A model generated the notes under the pieces. It was not told the origin of the DNA and did not search any database. It worked only from the letters and a program-made list of their open reading frames with translations. Positions 1-11,046 of a stretch of DNA of 64,000 nt are shown piece by piece. Each line of letters starts with the position of its first letter. The first letter of the stretch is position 1. This DNA is from Mytilus californianus (lineage: Eukaryota), in assembly GCF_021869535.1 (NCBI RefSeq), contig NW_026262679.1, forward strand, positions 55,180,001-55,244,000. Direction: 5' to 3'. Made by a program: the position numbers and the translations under genes.

Positions 1-697
1 CGCCGATTTATATGTTGCGCTTGACGTGCAATAACATGATAAGCGTTTGAACAAAGAACTACTCCTGAAATATTCCATTATCATCGTTATGGTTGAAACA
101 TCAAGGAGGTTATATGTATATGGAATATAACCTCCTTAAAACATGCATGCATCTTAGAAGGGAAGTAACTCGCACATGCTATATAGGTGTATGACTATTG
201 GCGTACCAGCCTTTTCTTGATATAATGTATATACAACCCGTGGATGTCATGGACGCTTGACCAAGATAACTGATTTGGATAATAAAACCATTCAATAATG
301 AAATCTACATTATAACGAATAGTAAGAGATGTACATCTGATTTGGAAAAAAAATCTTTGGTTTTAAATAATTTTGAATATGCTAATGATACCAAAAAGAA
401 ATTAATAATAGAGAACGAATAACTCATAACAGTAAGATTATCAATACACAGAAAAAATCAATATACTAGCAAGTTCAAAATCGTAAACTTTTTTTTTAAA
501 CAGTTGCACTTCCGCGCTCACACTGTTGACACAGGCTGTCATGTTGTAAAGCATACGATTATGCAAATTTGTATTTTTAAATATCTGATTACCAAAAAGC
601 ATAACAAAAATAACAGTACATGTACTTCGTCCCCTGTCACAGTTAGTAGCTGCCTCATATTAAAATAGAATGTTATAAATAAGACATAAAAACTTAC

Positions 698-1228
698 CTG
701 TGGTATACTTGCTACAAAACTGAATATCCATGAAAGAAGGAGCATAATCTTGCCTCTTTTGTTGGCATCATTTAAACTTAATGGATGAAGTATGGCAAAG
801 TACCTATCTAAACTTATGGTAACTAATATAAACGATGAAAGATAGAGCCCAAACGTTCGGAAAAACATTAAAATCCTACAGGCAAGATCCCCGCCTTTCC
901 AGGCAACTGTTGCATGCCAAATAATTTCCATTGGCACCATAATAAAAGCAACAATTAAATCTGCTAGCGATAAATGTAAAATGAACAGATTTACACGTGA
1001 TTTTAAATGTCGGTTTCGGAACAAAGTTATAAACACAGTAAGGTTGCCACTTGCAGCAATTACAAACAATACTGAATACGCCACCACTGCCATTAAATTT
1101 TCATCATCAAACGTTAAATCCGTTGGTAAATCTCCTGATTCTGACTTCGAAGCATTTCCGAAAGAAGTCAAATTCGAAGAGTTTAATATTTCATAAAATG
1201 TCACTTTTTCAGTTGGTTTTTCTGGCAT
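698..1228 (-). CDS. GnRHR: First coding exon (N-terminus to end of TM4, 177 codons) of a class A GPCR of the GnRH/corazonin/AKH/ACP receptor family
   Basis: N-glycosylation sequons NSS/NLT/NAS; TM1 SGNLTV, TM2 LSLAD, ECL1 WKGGDLAC, TM3 SLDRY, TM4 W...SIPQ. The reading is interrupted by CAG|GTAAGT (donor 697-692), the phase-0 intron position typical of this family. ORF-track residues after SIPQ are intronic read-through. The symbol is family-level; the ligand is not determined. Confidence 0.93.
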
Positions 1229-1535
1229 ATTTTCTATAATACATAAAACTTGCCTAAACTTTAAAAATGTTTGAAATATGCATGGTTAAACTTCAAACAT
1301 GTGAAAAGTTGATAAAACACCACTGCTTTTAATTAGCTAATTTACATAAAACAGATCAATTAGCCTTAATCGTATGTATAAATGCCAAAAAATTGAATCA
1401 AACAACTAAATGCTGATAATGATAAAGAGAAACTGTTATTCAATCTTTCCAATAGTTGCTTTAAACCACGCTTTCCAACAATCCTTCAAACGTAACAGTA
1501 ATTTTATAACGATCGATAAAAGCACTTCTACTGTT

Positions 1536-1555
1536 CTGAGGAAATAAATTTGCAA
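1536..1555 (-). promoter_or_regulatory. Candidate splice acceptor ahead of the receptor ATG exon
   Basis: Minus strand reads cttgcaaatttatttcctcAG|aacag, ~310 nt upstream of the ATG; would imply an upstream non-coding exon. Confidence 0.3.
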
Positions 1556-1905
1556 GATGTTACATGAAGATATTTAAGCTTACCATTATTATATATGTTG
1601 ACTTCAAACAATATCAACTAGTATTATTAAGAAAGCGATGAATTGAATATAATAATACTAAAAAGTTTGGGAAAAAAAATTGCCGATCCTAATTTTTTTC
1701 CGGTGAATGTTTTTGAACACATTAGGGACTACGTTGAACACCCTGAAATTGTAAAGAAATGCAGAAGTATAAAAAGCTCCAAAGAATTATTAAATTTGTA
1801 AATCATATATTCTCATTGATAAACTACTAAAAATCACAAGTGTAAAATTGTTATTAGAATAACATATAAATAAGTAATTATTTCTTCGCTTAACCGTCAC
1901 AAGAT

Positions 1906-2230
1906 GATGATGATGATGGATGTTTAACGTCCAGATGCAAATTAAACGCATATTCAGGACGAGAACAGGTTAATGTGATATGAATATTAACCCTGCTTTG
2001 TAATAGACTGACACACGGAGCCGGATTTTTAACATGCCAATTCACAAAGTAACAGTCCATAGTCAGCCTACCCGGACATATTTTTTTGACTCCGAGCCGA
2101 CCAGTCTTTGCTCCTACTCCTTAATGCCGCCTACTTAGCGGAGAAACAGTAAATACCAATTTCAAGACTTGGTTTGACCCGGCCAGAGTTCGAACCCACG
2201 AATTCACGCACTCCAGGCAAACATGCTACC
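1906..2230 (-). mobile_element. tRNA-derived SINE, Meta-domain type
   Basis: Minus strand has B box GGGTTCGAACTC, central ttggtatttactgtttctccgctaagtaggcggcattaaggag block resembling the MetaSINE domain, and a (CAT)n tail. Confidence 0.7.
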
Positions 2231-2497
2231 CCGAGAAAATATAAAGTAAAATTCGGAATGATGTCTCAACCACTACGGGACATGTAGTGGTACTAGTTTC
2301 CTTCCTTCTGGCATTCCGCAATTTTGAAATCCTACTGTTCTCCTAATTATTCAAGTGTGCCTACATACACGTATTAATCCTATTTTCAGTAAATTAGTAT
2401 ATTATTATGACTTACAGATCGAGTTTGTGTTTCGGAGCGCGATTTTCGGTCGTTTGGCTGAATTACGACAATTGGATGTAAAAAAGTAAGTACTTAC

Positions 2498-2700
2498 ATT
2501 AGCAACACGACGGGTGTCACATGTGTAGCAGGATCTGCCTACCTTTCCGGAGCACCTGAGATCACCCCAGGTTTCTCATACTTTAGTTTTCGATATTGTG
2601 TTTTGTATACTGTTGTTTGTCCTTTAGTCCTGGTTCGTTTTTGCCATGGCATTATCAGTTTGTTTTCGACTTATAAGTTTGAATATGTGTTTGGTTTGCT
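2498..2700 (+). mobile_element. 3'-end fragment of PLE-like family A (ccttccggagcacctgagatcacccc module)
   Basis: Same module as 14825-15195 and 61634-61912. Confidence 0.7.
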
Positions 2701-3147
2701 CCAATATGGCCTCTTATTTTAGGTTTCATTTCAAACTATGATTTAATGGCCATTATCACGTTGTTTCATTATTTTGTCAATGACAAGATTGGAAATAGAT
2801 CTTTTTGTTTCAGTGTCAGCAGTTTTTCTTATGAAGTCATAATTAGCATCAATTTAAGTATTCATCAATTTCAATGAAAACATGCTGAATCAATTGTATT
2901 GTGGGATCGGAAACAAAGCGGACTTTAAAAAAAAAAATCTTTTAACATTATGTTTGTTATAACAAATGAGCTATCTGACTTGAATGTTAAGTTTGTCGAA
3001 TTTGTTTCCTTCCCGTTAACGGTCTTACTTACACACTACAGTATCTTTTAAACACTCATAATCGAGAAAGAAAAATCAAGCTTGAAATATACACCATATG
3101 TGCAGGATTAATAATTAATATACTTAATAAAAATATTTTTTCTAAAT

Positions 3148-4600
3148 TATAAAATTGAGAATGGAAACGGGGAATGCGTCAAAGAGACAACAACCCGACC
3201 AAAGAGCAGAAAACAGCCCAAGGCCACAAATGGGTCTTCAACACAGCGAGAAAATCCCACACCCGGAGGCTGTCTTCAGCTGACCCCTAAACAATAATGT
3301 ATACTGGTTCAGTGAAAATAGACGTCATACTAAACTCCGAAACATATAAATGAACCAAAATAAAAAAAAAACATACAAGACTAACCAAGGCCAGATGTTC
3401 CTGACTTGGGACAGGCGCAAAAATGCGGCGGTGTTAAATATCTTTGTGAGATCTCAACCCTCCCCCTATACTTCTAGCCAATGTGTAATAAACAAACACA
3501 CAGCAATATTATACTTACAGTAAAATTCAGTTCAAAAGAAGTCCGATTCTGATGTTAGAATAGGTAACAGAAGAAAATAAGCAAAATGACAATAATCAAC
3601 ATAAATCAACAAAGGACTACTAGCAGTTACTGACATGTCAGCTCCAGACTTCAATTAAACTGATTGAAAGATTATGTCTTCGTCATATAAAAATCAAGCA
3701 CAATCCCTCCCGTTAGGGGTTTAGAATCATACCATCATAAAATATACGAGAAGAAAATAACCCGTATCATGGCAGCAACTGGTTTTTTAGAATAAATGTG
3801 TTTATTTCCGATGCAAAGACCCTATGAGTGAGTCAATATTAATTTCAAAAATGCCATCTTTAATGACTTGACAACAGTATCGTAACTATATCCCTTCTGA
3901 ACAATTCTGTTTAAAGGTTTAGTTAGTGAATGAAGACATGTTTGTGCTTTGTATAGAATATTACTGTAAAAAGATGGGATGTGAAATACTTGAACGTATA
4001 AGACGTCTGCACGTTGATTTATATTTACGAATGATGCCCTTGCACCGATGATAAAATTTAGTAAAAGTTTATGTCGAGAACCCTGGTGTAATAATTTTTC
4101 AGTAATACAGAGATTTCTTTCGTTAAAATTGAATACGTTGTTACATACACGAACGAATCGAACAAGTTGAGATATATAAACACCATAGGATGTTGCCAAG
4201 GGAACGTCACCATCTAAAAATGGATAATAAACAATAGGAAATGAAAGATCATCTCTTTTATCGTAAATTTTAGTATTAAGCTTCCCGTTAAAAATATAGA
4301 TATTAAGATCCAGGAAACGGCAGTGTTTATTATTAGTATTAGCTTGATTCAAAGTCAGTTCAGCAGGATAAATTTCTTTAGTGTACATACTGAAGTCTTC
4401 ATTGTTGAGAGCCAATATATCATCCAAATATCTAAAAATATTATTACATTTTTGTGTCAGATGTTGTTTCGATGGGTCTTTGCTGATTTTAGTCATAGAT
4501 TGTAACTCGTAACAATACAGAAACAGGTCCGCAATAAGTGGTGCACAGTTAGTTCCCAATGAAATTCCGATAACTTGACGATATACAGAATCTCTATAGG
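3148..4600 (-). mobile_element. 5'-truncated Penelope-like (Naiad-like) retroelement: RT C-terminal half plus ~670-nt 3' UTR
   Basis: ORF 3822-4559 contains GTNCAPLIADLFLY, FRYLDD, FLDL and KIYDKRDD..FP..SYGVYISQLVRF, and the homology ends after the thumb with no GIY-YIG domain. The 3' UTR ends in ...tccattctcaattttat. An internal stretch (QGSRHKLLL...) looks frameshifted. Confidence 0.88.
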
Positions 4601-4739
4601 GAGCAAAACTGTGAATTTACTAGTTTATAGCTTACTAGATGACTTTTTTTAATCTTTCTACAAGCATATAAAGACGACAAGCTATGGGGGCAATCAAAGT
4701 TTTATGTCAAACCGAATAGTCTACACTCTACACAGTGAT

Positions 4740-4885
4740 TGGAAGGAAGAAACGAAAAGACAAACAACAGTCAAAGAAACAATACACATAAAACTAAAAA
4801 TAGAGCAACACGAACCTCACAAAAAACTGGGATGTAACCAGATGCTCCGGAAGGGTAAATAGTTTCTGTTCTACTAGTCACGCCA
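4740..4885 (-). mobile_element. Family A 3'-end fragment
   Basis: gatgctccggaagggtaa and gagcaacacgaacc motifs in reverse orientation. Confidence 0.6.
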
Positions 4886-5629
4886 GTGCAAAGTCTATCG
4901 TTAATCATGATTGTTTAATATATCATCAACAGGCCAAACCACAAACTTACAGAAATTAGTTATCTATTTAGAATTACAAATTATTTAATGTTGGTCATCA
5001 GAGTACGAGAAGGTTTTTTTTGTTGAGTACATAACTTATTATGTGTTTATATATATTGTAAGAACAAAACAATTCCACGTTCTTTATCGGTATCCTGCAT
5101 TCAAATAGTGCGCACTTAGAATTTGTCTATTACAGTTTACCAATCTTAAAAGTTCCTTAACCGATACGAATGGGTTTGTACAGAAAGACAAGCTATATCT
5201 ATTTTTTGAAAGAATTCAGGTTTTAGATTTTTCAAAATTTCCCCAAAATTCAATTCAGTTTGAGTCCTTGTTATTTAAAAATGATTACAATTAGAGTCTA
5301 CTACACCAACCAGTTGACAACGATACCTATCCGCTCGAGAAATTTATATTTGAAAATTTAGCTCCTGAGAGAGGATAACTATTTTAGCCAACGGGTTGAT
5401 TGGCTCATATTACTAATGCAAAGTGTCGGGGGCAATGTACATAATGAATATGGCGGGAAATAACACGAGCCAAATTTGATGAACGTTTGGTTTTATATTA
5501 GGAATAATATTAAACTTGTCATAACTACTTAAACACACACACAATTAGAGAAATATAGATTCTACAACTGCATCGAGTGTGAGGCGAAATTTCTCAACTC
5601 GAGGAATTTTATATTTAAAACACTTGTCA

Positions 5630-5872
5630 ACCTCTGTGGTCTAGTTGACTAATTGGTTTATATATAATAAAGACTACTGTGAGTTCGAACTCCGCTCATG
5701 GCGAAGTGTGTTCGTCTCCGACTTCATTACCCACGATTTCTAGTTTTCTGTCCATGGTCGGTGATTCTCTCTAGATACTTCGGCTTCCCATAGCAATAGA
5801 AACTGACCTCCATGATATACATGTAGCCGGCAAAGTCAATGGAAGCAGCGTTAAACACCAACAAACAAATAT
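5630..5872 (+). mobile_element. tRNA-derived SINE with V-domain-like block
   Basis: A-box remnant, B box gagttcgaactcc, ggtcggtgattctctctagatacttcggcttccc block, tail gcgttaaacaccaacaaac. Confidence 0.6.
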
Positions 5873-6439
5873 ATTAAAAAGATATGCCTAGATGTAAGTT
5901 TTAAAATATGGCAAATAACACAGACTAGGAATCATTGAAGAACTCTTGTTGAATGTTTATTTTGATTAATTAAAAACATGTTTGAATATGAAAAAGGAGG
6001 GCATTTTCAATTTAAAATATTTTATTTATTTATTTATTTTCTACTAGTCTAATGAAAACCACACGGACTAAGTTTACAAATGTATAACCCAGTAAAATGA
6101 ATCTAAGTTGAACAATTGGATTTTTCTGAGTTCGATGCGCATGTCTAAATTTATCCTTTTAAAGAACATAAAGACCTAAAAGTGACATAAAAATAACAAA
6201 CAAAAGAAATAAAAAATAAACCAAGACGAATGTTGCTTGAAATAGTTGCTATCTTAGTTTTTGTGAAATTTACAGAATTTAGCAACTTGGAGTTTATAAA
6301 AATAAACGTATTAAATCATTGCCAATATTGAAACAATGTCTTCTAGACGGATGGTTTCCTTTGGCTGACAAAAATATATTCTGTTTGAAAGAAAGTATCT
6401 TGATCTGATGATAGGAACAGCATGGTGAAAGTAAACAAA

Positions 6440-6650
6440 TAACACTTTATAAACGTACGTCCGAAGCGCCTTTTTGGATTTACCTTCATCAGGCATGCTC
6501 AAACCAATATATTTGAAAGCAATGGATTTATATGTACGTAGAAACGCTATATGACCAAAAGGAACCTTAAAAGAATAGCAAAATTCAGCTAACTTAAAGG
6601 TCAATCTTGCCTGAGGGAGTTGGAAAATTGGTAACTTAGTATTTTTTTAA
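6440..6650 (-). repeat. Hammerhead-family F3 repeat relic (degenerate motif at 6458-6500)
   Basis: Minus strand gcatgc-CTGATGA-aggtaaatcc-aaaaa-ggcgcttc-ggacg with GAAA mutated; homologous to 9990-10190 and 27640-27760. Confidence 0.6.
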
Positions 6651-6899
6651 TTTATCATCGTGCAAGTTATGATATAGTACCTGTGAATTACCGGTCCTAC
6701 AAAATATTAAGAAAAAATCTGGAATATGCAAACGCGATATACTTTGTAAAATACAAGTAAAATATAAAAATCGTACACCAAAATGAAATTTAGAAATAAT
6801 TTATTATAATTAAGGAATGTATCACCTGCATGCAAAACTTTGATTTCTTGTCCGGGTTTGGTTAAATATTTTTTTACATTTCGGTTCTGTCAAATCTCC

Positions 6900-7393
6900 A
6901 AATGCGCATCTGGTGCATTAAAAGTTGTACCGCTAATGTTATTACTACCACTGGATTGATACCTCTGCTGGCGGATTTTAAGTCCCTGAGGGTATCACCA
7001 GCCCAGTAGCATAGCACTACAGTATTCGCATGAAAACACGGATATTGTTTCATTGAAGCTGTTATAAATTAAATAATTGCTAAGATACAACATTCATACA
7101 TGTACGAATTGAAAAGGGCATCACATGGTATATCTTCACCAGCTAGAGGACGCCTCCAGGTGCGGGAGTTTCTCGCTGCATTGAAGACCCATTGGTGGCC
7201 TATTATTACTACCACTGGATCAATACCTCTGCTGGCGGATTTTAAGTCCTTGAGGGTATTACAAAAATGTACCAGCCCAGTAGCATAGCACTACAGTATT
7301 CGCATGAAAACACGGATATTGTTTCATTGAAGCTGTTCTAAATTAAGTAATTGCTAAGATACAACATTCATACGAATTGAAAAGGGCATCACA
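6900..7393 (+). repeat. Hammerhead-family F1 relic with ~185-bp direct duplication (6941-7125 / 7205-7393)
   Basis: aaatgcgcatc|tggtgc (3' half of a hammerhead) at 6900-6916; two near-identical copies 264 bp apart. Confidence 0.75.
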
Positions 7394-9362
7394 GGTTTAT
7401 TCTATTGTACATACTTTTCCTTCACAATAAATCAAACTGTTTGTTACATTTTCTAAACCGAATAAGGCAGATGACCTGTATATAACCTAATGGAAAGGAA
7501 ATCTGCATTGAAAAGCTGTTATTATCTTCATAGAAGTTAATGATATAACAAGATAATGTATTAGAGATTAAGAAGTAAGCATTCATTATTAATGCAAGAA
7601 CTTCGATTTCACTTAATTGCAAATATATAAGTTAAAAGCACCGTTTTCCGTTTTCCACTGTATGCTGATTTTGGTCTCGCTTTTGTTTTTACACGAACAT
7701 GTAAGATACATTAACCGCAATAAACCAGTTCGCATGTCCATCAGCACAGAAACAACAAGACTTTCCCAAAAAACGGGAGAACAAATTTCTAGGTAATAAG
7801 ACAGGTCATAAGTGAATTGAAAAAAATCCAAAATTGAAAAAGAAAAAAGTTTCAAGTTGTTGGAAGTAATAACTCTACACCTAACTGGTGTGCAATAACA
7901 ATTAAATTTCTTAAAAAGCAACAGGAACAATTGACTGGCGTTTAGAAGTATATATGGTAAGCTGAACCTTTCAAATCCGGTCCTAATACCTATGATAAAG
8001 GACGTTTGGTTGTGCAGGATGTACGAATAATTAGTCAGTCCTGGAATGAATGAAGACGCATGATCCGGTGCGTCGGGAGAGGAGAATGCTCAGCGCTCTA
8101 AACGCAACAAAAACCCTTGTAAGAAAAGTCCTTAGTGGCCATTTGTAAGCGAAATTTCTGCCGATGATTTTATATAACATTCCCCTTTTCGCAAACGCCG
8201 GTTGTCTTAATTGCCTACCCTTCCTCCCGATCGATCCATTTTTCAAAACTACCTATCGGATCATGTCATCTAGCTCCTTTCCTAAATATGCATGAACTAT
8301 TTTCCACTGGACTCTAAACAAACACCAATCAATCTTTTTAAAAGCGCATTTGCATATGAAAAGATTGAAAAGCATAAAACAACATGATTTTTATTTGATA
8401 GTCATAGTTTAAATTTCTTAGCCTTTGTTAAGTTATTGTTCAATATTGCTGGGAGATTCTGTCAAACTCATGCATGCAGAGAGGTCCTGATTAAAGATGT
8501 CGATGTATCATTAGAATAGGACAGGATGTTACATAATAGACATCGATAATCACATGCAACAACTAGCATATCGTTCTTATTTATGTGGTAATAAATAGTC
8601 TGCAATAATAATTAAATTTTCTGCCTCATTATTTTCAAGTTATTTCACTACTTTATACTGAAAAAACGATAAATTCACATGCAAATATCTTACATATATG
8701 TTTTCGAGTACATTGCATTCGATATACAATTCATTCAAATGAAAAATACATTTTCTTATTTGTCTAGACTAGAAAATGTGATAGGAAATTGAACTTTATT
8801 ATGAATGAGAATATGTATTAAACTCTTTAATTGGCTTTATAATACATACAATATATACAAGTTAATATGAATCTGCGATGATAATCAATGCCAGTGATGA
8901 TGTATGATCTTAATTCAGAGGTGAAGCAAACAAATCCATCAAATATACGTTACGATGATAATCTTCAAACAAGGATTTCTGTGATTTTATGACGGCGATG
9001 TTTCATTATATTATATTATCTTACACTTTTAAAGTATAAACAAATGTATTAATAAGTAAGAAATATCGGTAGTGACATTTTATTGTAAAAATAACTCATT
9101 TCCAACTCGACATTTCTCACTTCCATTTTGCTATTCATCTGTTTTAACTCGAAAAACTCACTTATGAACTTGGAACTGAGAAATGCCGACACGGAACTGA
9201 GAAATCCCATCCCTGTCTTCTGTTTATAATGTCATAAAAGGAGAACATTTACGATAATTCATTTACGAGTTTCACATGTTTTTGTGGCCTTAAGATATTT
9301 GAAAGTATGATTTATATTTAATGGAAAGAATATGCTATCGTTATACATATTTTATTTACTAC

Positions 9363-9475
9363 TTTGTTATGAAGATCGCTCCAAAATTCATCTACAACAA
9401 CTTTGTAATGAAGATCGCTTCGAAAGTCATCGAATCAAACTGTGTCATGAAGATCGTTCCAAAGTCATCAAATAA
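9363..9475. repeat. 39-bp tandem repeat, 3 diverged copies
   Basis: atgaagatcg at 9369, 9408 and 9447. Confidence 0.8.
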
Positions 9476-9989
9476 TAATTTGGACAAACCAACACCAGAT
9501 TATATTGACGAAGATAAATTACGACTAAACAAACATTTATAGTGAAAATTCGAAACAGAGACTTCGTTTCATTTTAATCAACATATGCAGAGAAGCAGAG
9601 AAAAATAAGACATCATTACTTGTGAACTTTCTGAGAAAAAGCTGCGTACCACTTAGTAATGTACTATTGTTCCTCCTTTGGTCTCTGGTAGATAATTAGC
9701 AATCATAGTATTACCACATCTTCGTATTTTTTATTATTTAATAAATTTTTTAATGACCGCCCAACCTACTTCTTAAACTCGAGTTTATTCAATGCTACTG
9801 TAAACTTGATATTCAGCTGTAAGTTAAAACAAAGAATTTCGAGCACACCCTTTTAATTTTAACATCTTATCAATTTAATTATATGAAGGTCATATAAAGA
9901 CATGTACGCTGTATTCTCTCGTGTTTACCCCAATTAGTATGATCTTAAATATTAGTTGGTGGTTGTTAACTGTTTATATAAATTCGAAC

Positions 9990-10190
9990 GTAAAATAACA
10001 CTTAATACATCGTATGCATTCAAAGCGCTGTTCGGATTTACCTTCACCAGGAACTATCAAAACATTATTGTTGAAAGCCAAGGATGATTGTATAAGAACA
10101 GAATCATGTGAAAGCTTTATGAGCAAAAGGGGCATAAAATAAAAGCAAAATATATCTTAGTCAACTTTGCCTGAGGAAGTTTGAACCTTT
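9990..10190 (-). repeat. F3 repeat relic, degenerate hammerhead
   Basis: Minus strand gttc-ctggtga-aggtaaatcc-gaac-agcgctttgaatgc. Confidence 0.55.
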
Positions 10191-10372
10191 AATTAATAAG
10201 CGAACAATTAAGAATGGTATATTATAGACGGGTTTATCTATAATTGACATAGAAAACATGGGCGCATCCATTAACCTCTCACGTGACCGATCAGCCATAA
10301 CAACCGTGAAAAATAACATTATCGATTTTCTGTTTACATTTGTATTTCATTCATTTTCAGATTTATTTTACT

Positions 10373-10670
10373 ATGGATACTGCCGAAAGTTATGAAAATG
10401 TGGAGGCATTTCTTGTGCAGTTAATAGTTGTACAAATAATAGTAGATGTGGAAAAAAATCAATATTTAAATTTCACAACGAGTTGCAAAATGATTACCCC
10501 TCTGCCCTTGTTTGATTCCATATAACATGTTTAAGTCTCATTTGATGCCTTCTGACGAGCCAACAAAACTTGAGTGGATCAAAGCTATAAACAGAAAAAC
10601 TTTACATGAACAGGTTTTTGTATGGTCCGGACATTTTTTTTCTGGATGGTGCACAGACTGCACACAATCC
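10373..10670 (+). pseudogene. Frameshifted THAP zinc-finger domain, probably a DNA-transposon relic
   Basis: Across frames: CAVNSCTNN (from 10414) ... CPC..MPSDEPTKLEWIKAINRK..VFVWSGHF. This is the C2CH signature with the third Cys changed to Trp; an acceptor ttttcag precedes it at ~10360. Confidence 0.65.
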
Positions 10671-10690
10671 GTTTATTTTTTAAAATAAAA

Positions 10691-10793
10691 CTTGTTATGA
10701 AAGTAAAATTACACTGGCAGACGAATGTTGACACGTCGTGACCTTGTTATGAAAGTAAAATTACACTGGCAGACGAATGTTGACACGTCGTGA
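10691..10793. repeat. Perfect 52-bp-period tandem duplication
   Basis: cttgttatgaaagtaaaattacactggcagacgaatgttgacacgtcgtga at 10691 and 10743. Confidence 0.95.
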
Positions 10794-10882
10794 AACGACT
10801 GTAAAAAACTTAAATTAATCTATGAAAATTAATCCGATGACTACAATGTATCTGCCTCTTTTTGTATAGAAGATCCACACAT

Positions 10883-11046
10883 CAGATGCGGATCCAGAAT
10901 TTTTGAAAAAAGGAGAGGGGGCCGCGGGCCCCCAACTATACAAAATTCGTAGTGGAAGCGGTAAGAAGTCTATCTTAACCATAACTGAAGGCTTCAAGCT
11001 CCATAAGATGTGCGCGGGCACCCCCCCCCCCCTAAATCCGCCGCTG
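10883..11046. mobile_element. 164-bp MITE with imperfect TIRs and 5-bp TSD
   Basis: Ends cagatgcggatccag / ctaaatccgccgctg; flanked by cacat at 10878-10882 and 11047-11051. Confidence 0.7.

Noticed and set aside
103-137. 13-bp inverted repeat aaggaggttatat/atataacctcctt
   Set aside because: Probably a minimal MITE remnant; no further support.
539-697. C-terminal 52 aa of the 229-aa ORF
   Set aside because: Intron read-through past the GTAAGT donor; no TM5-like homology.
2269-2296. Hairpin followed by ctag (Helitron 3' end-like)
   Set aside because: No matching 5' end or second copy seen.
3822-4559. Selenocysteine (TGA) recoding as reported for some clam Naiads
   Set aside because: No in-frame TGA within this ORF, and stops in the other relics are mixed TAA/TAG/TGA, consistent with decay.
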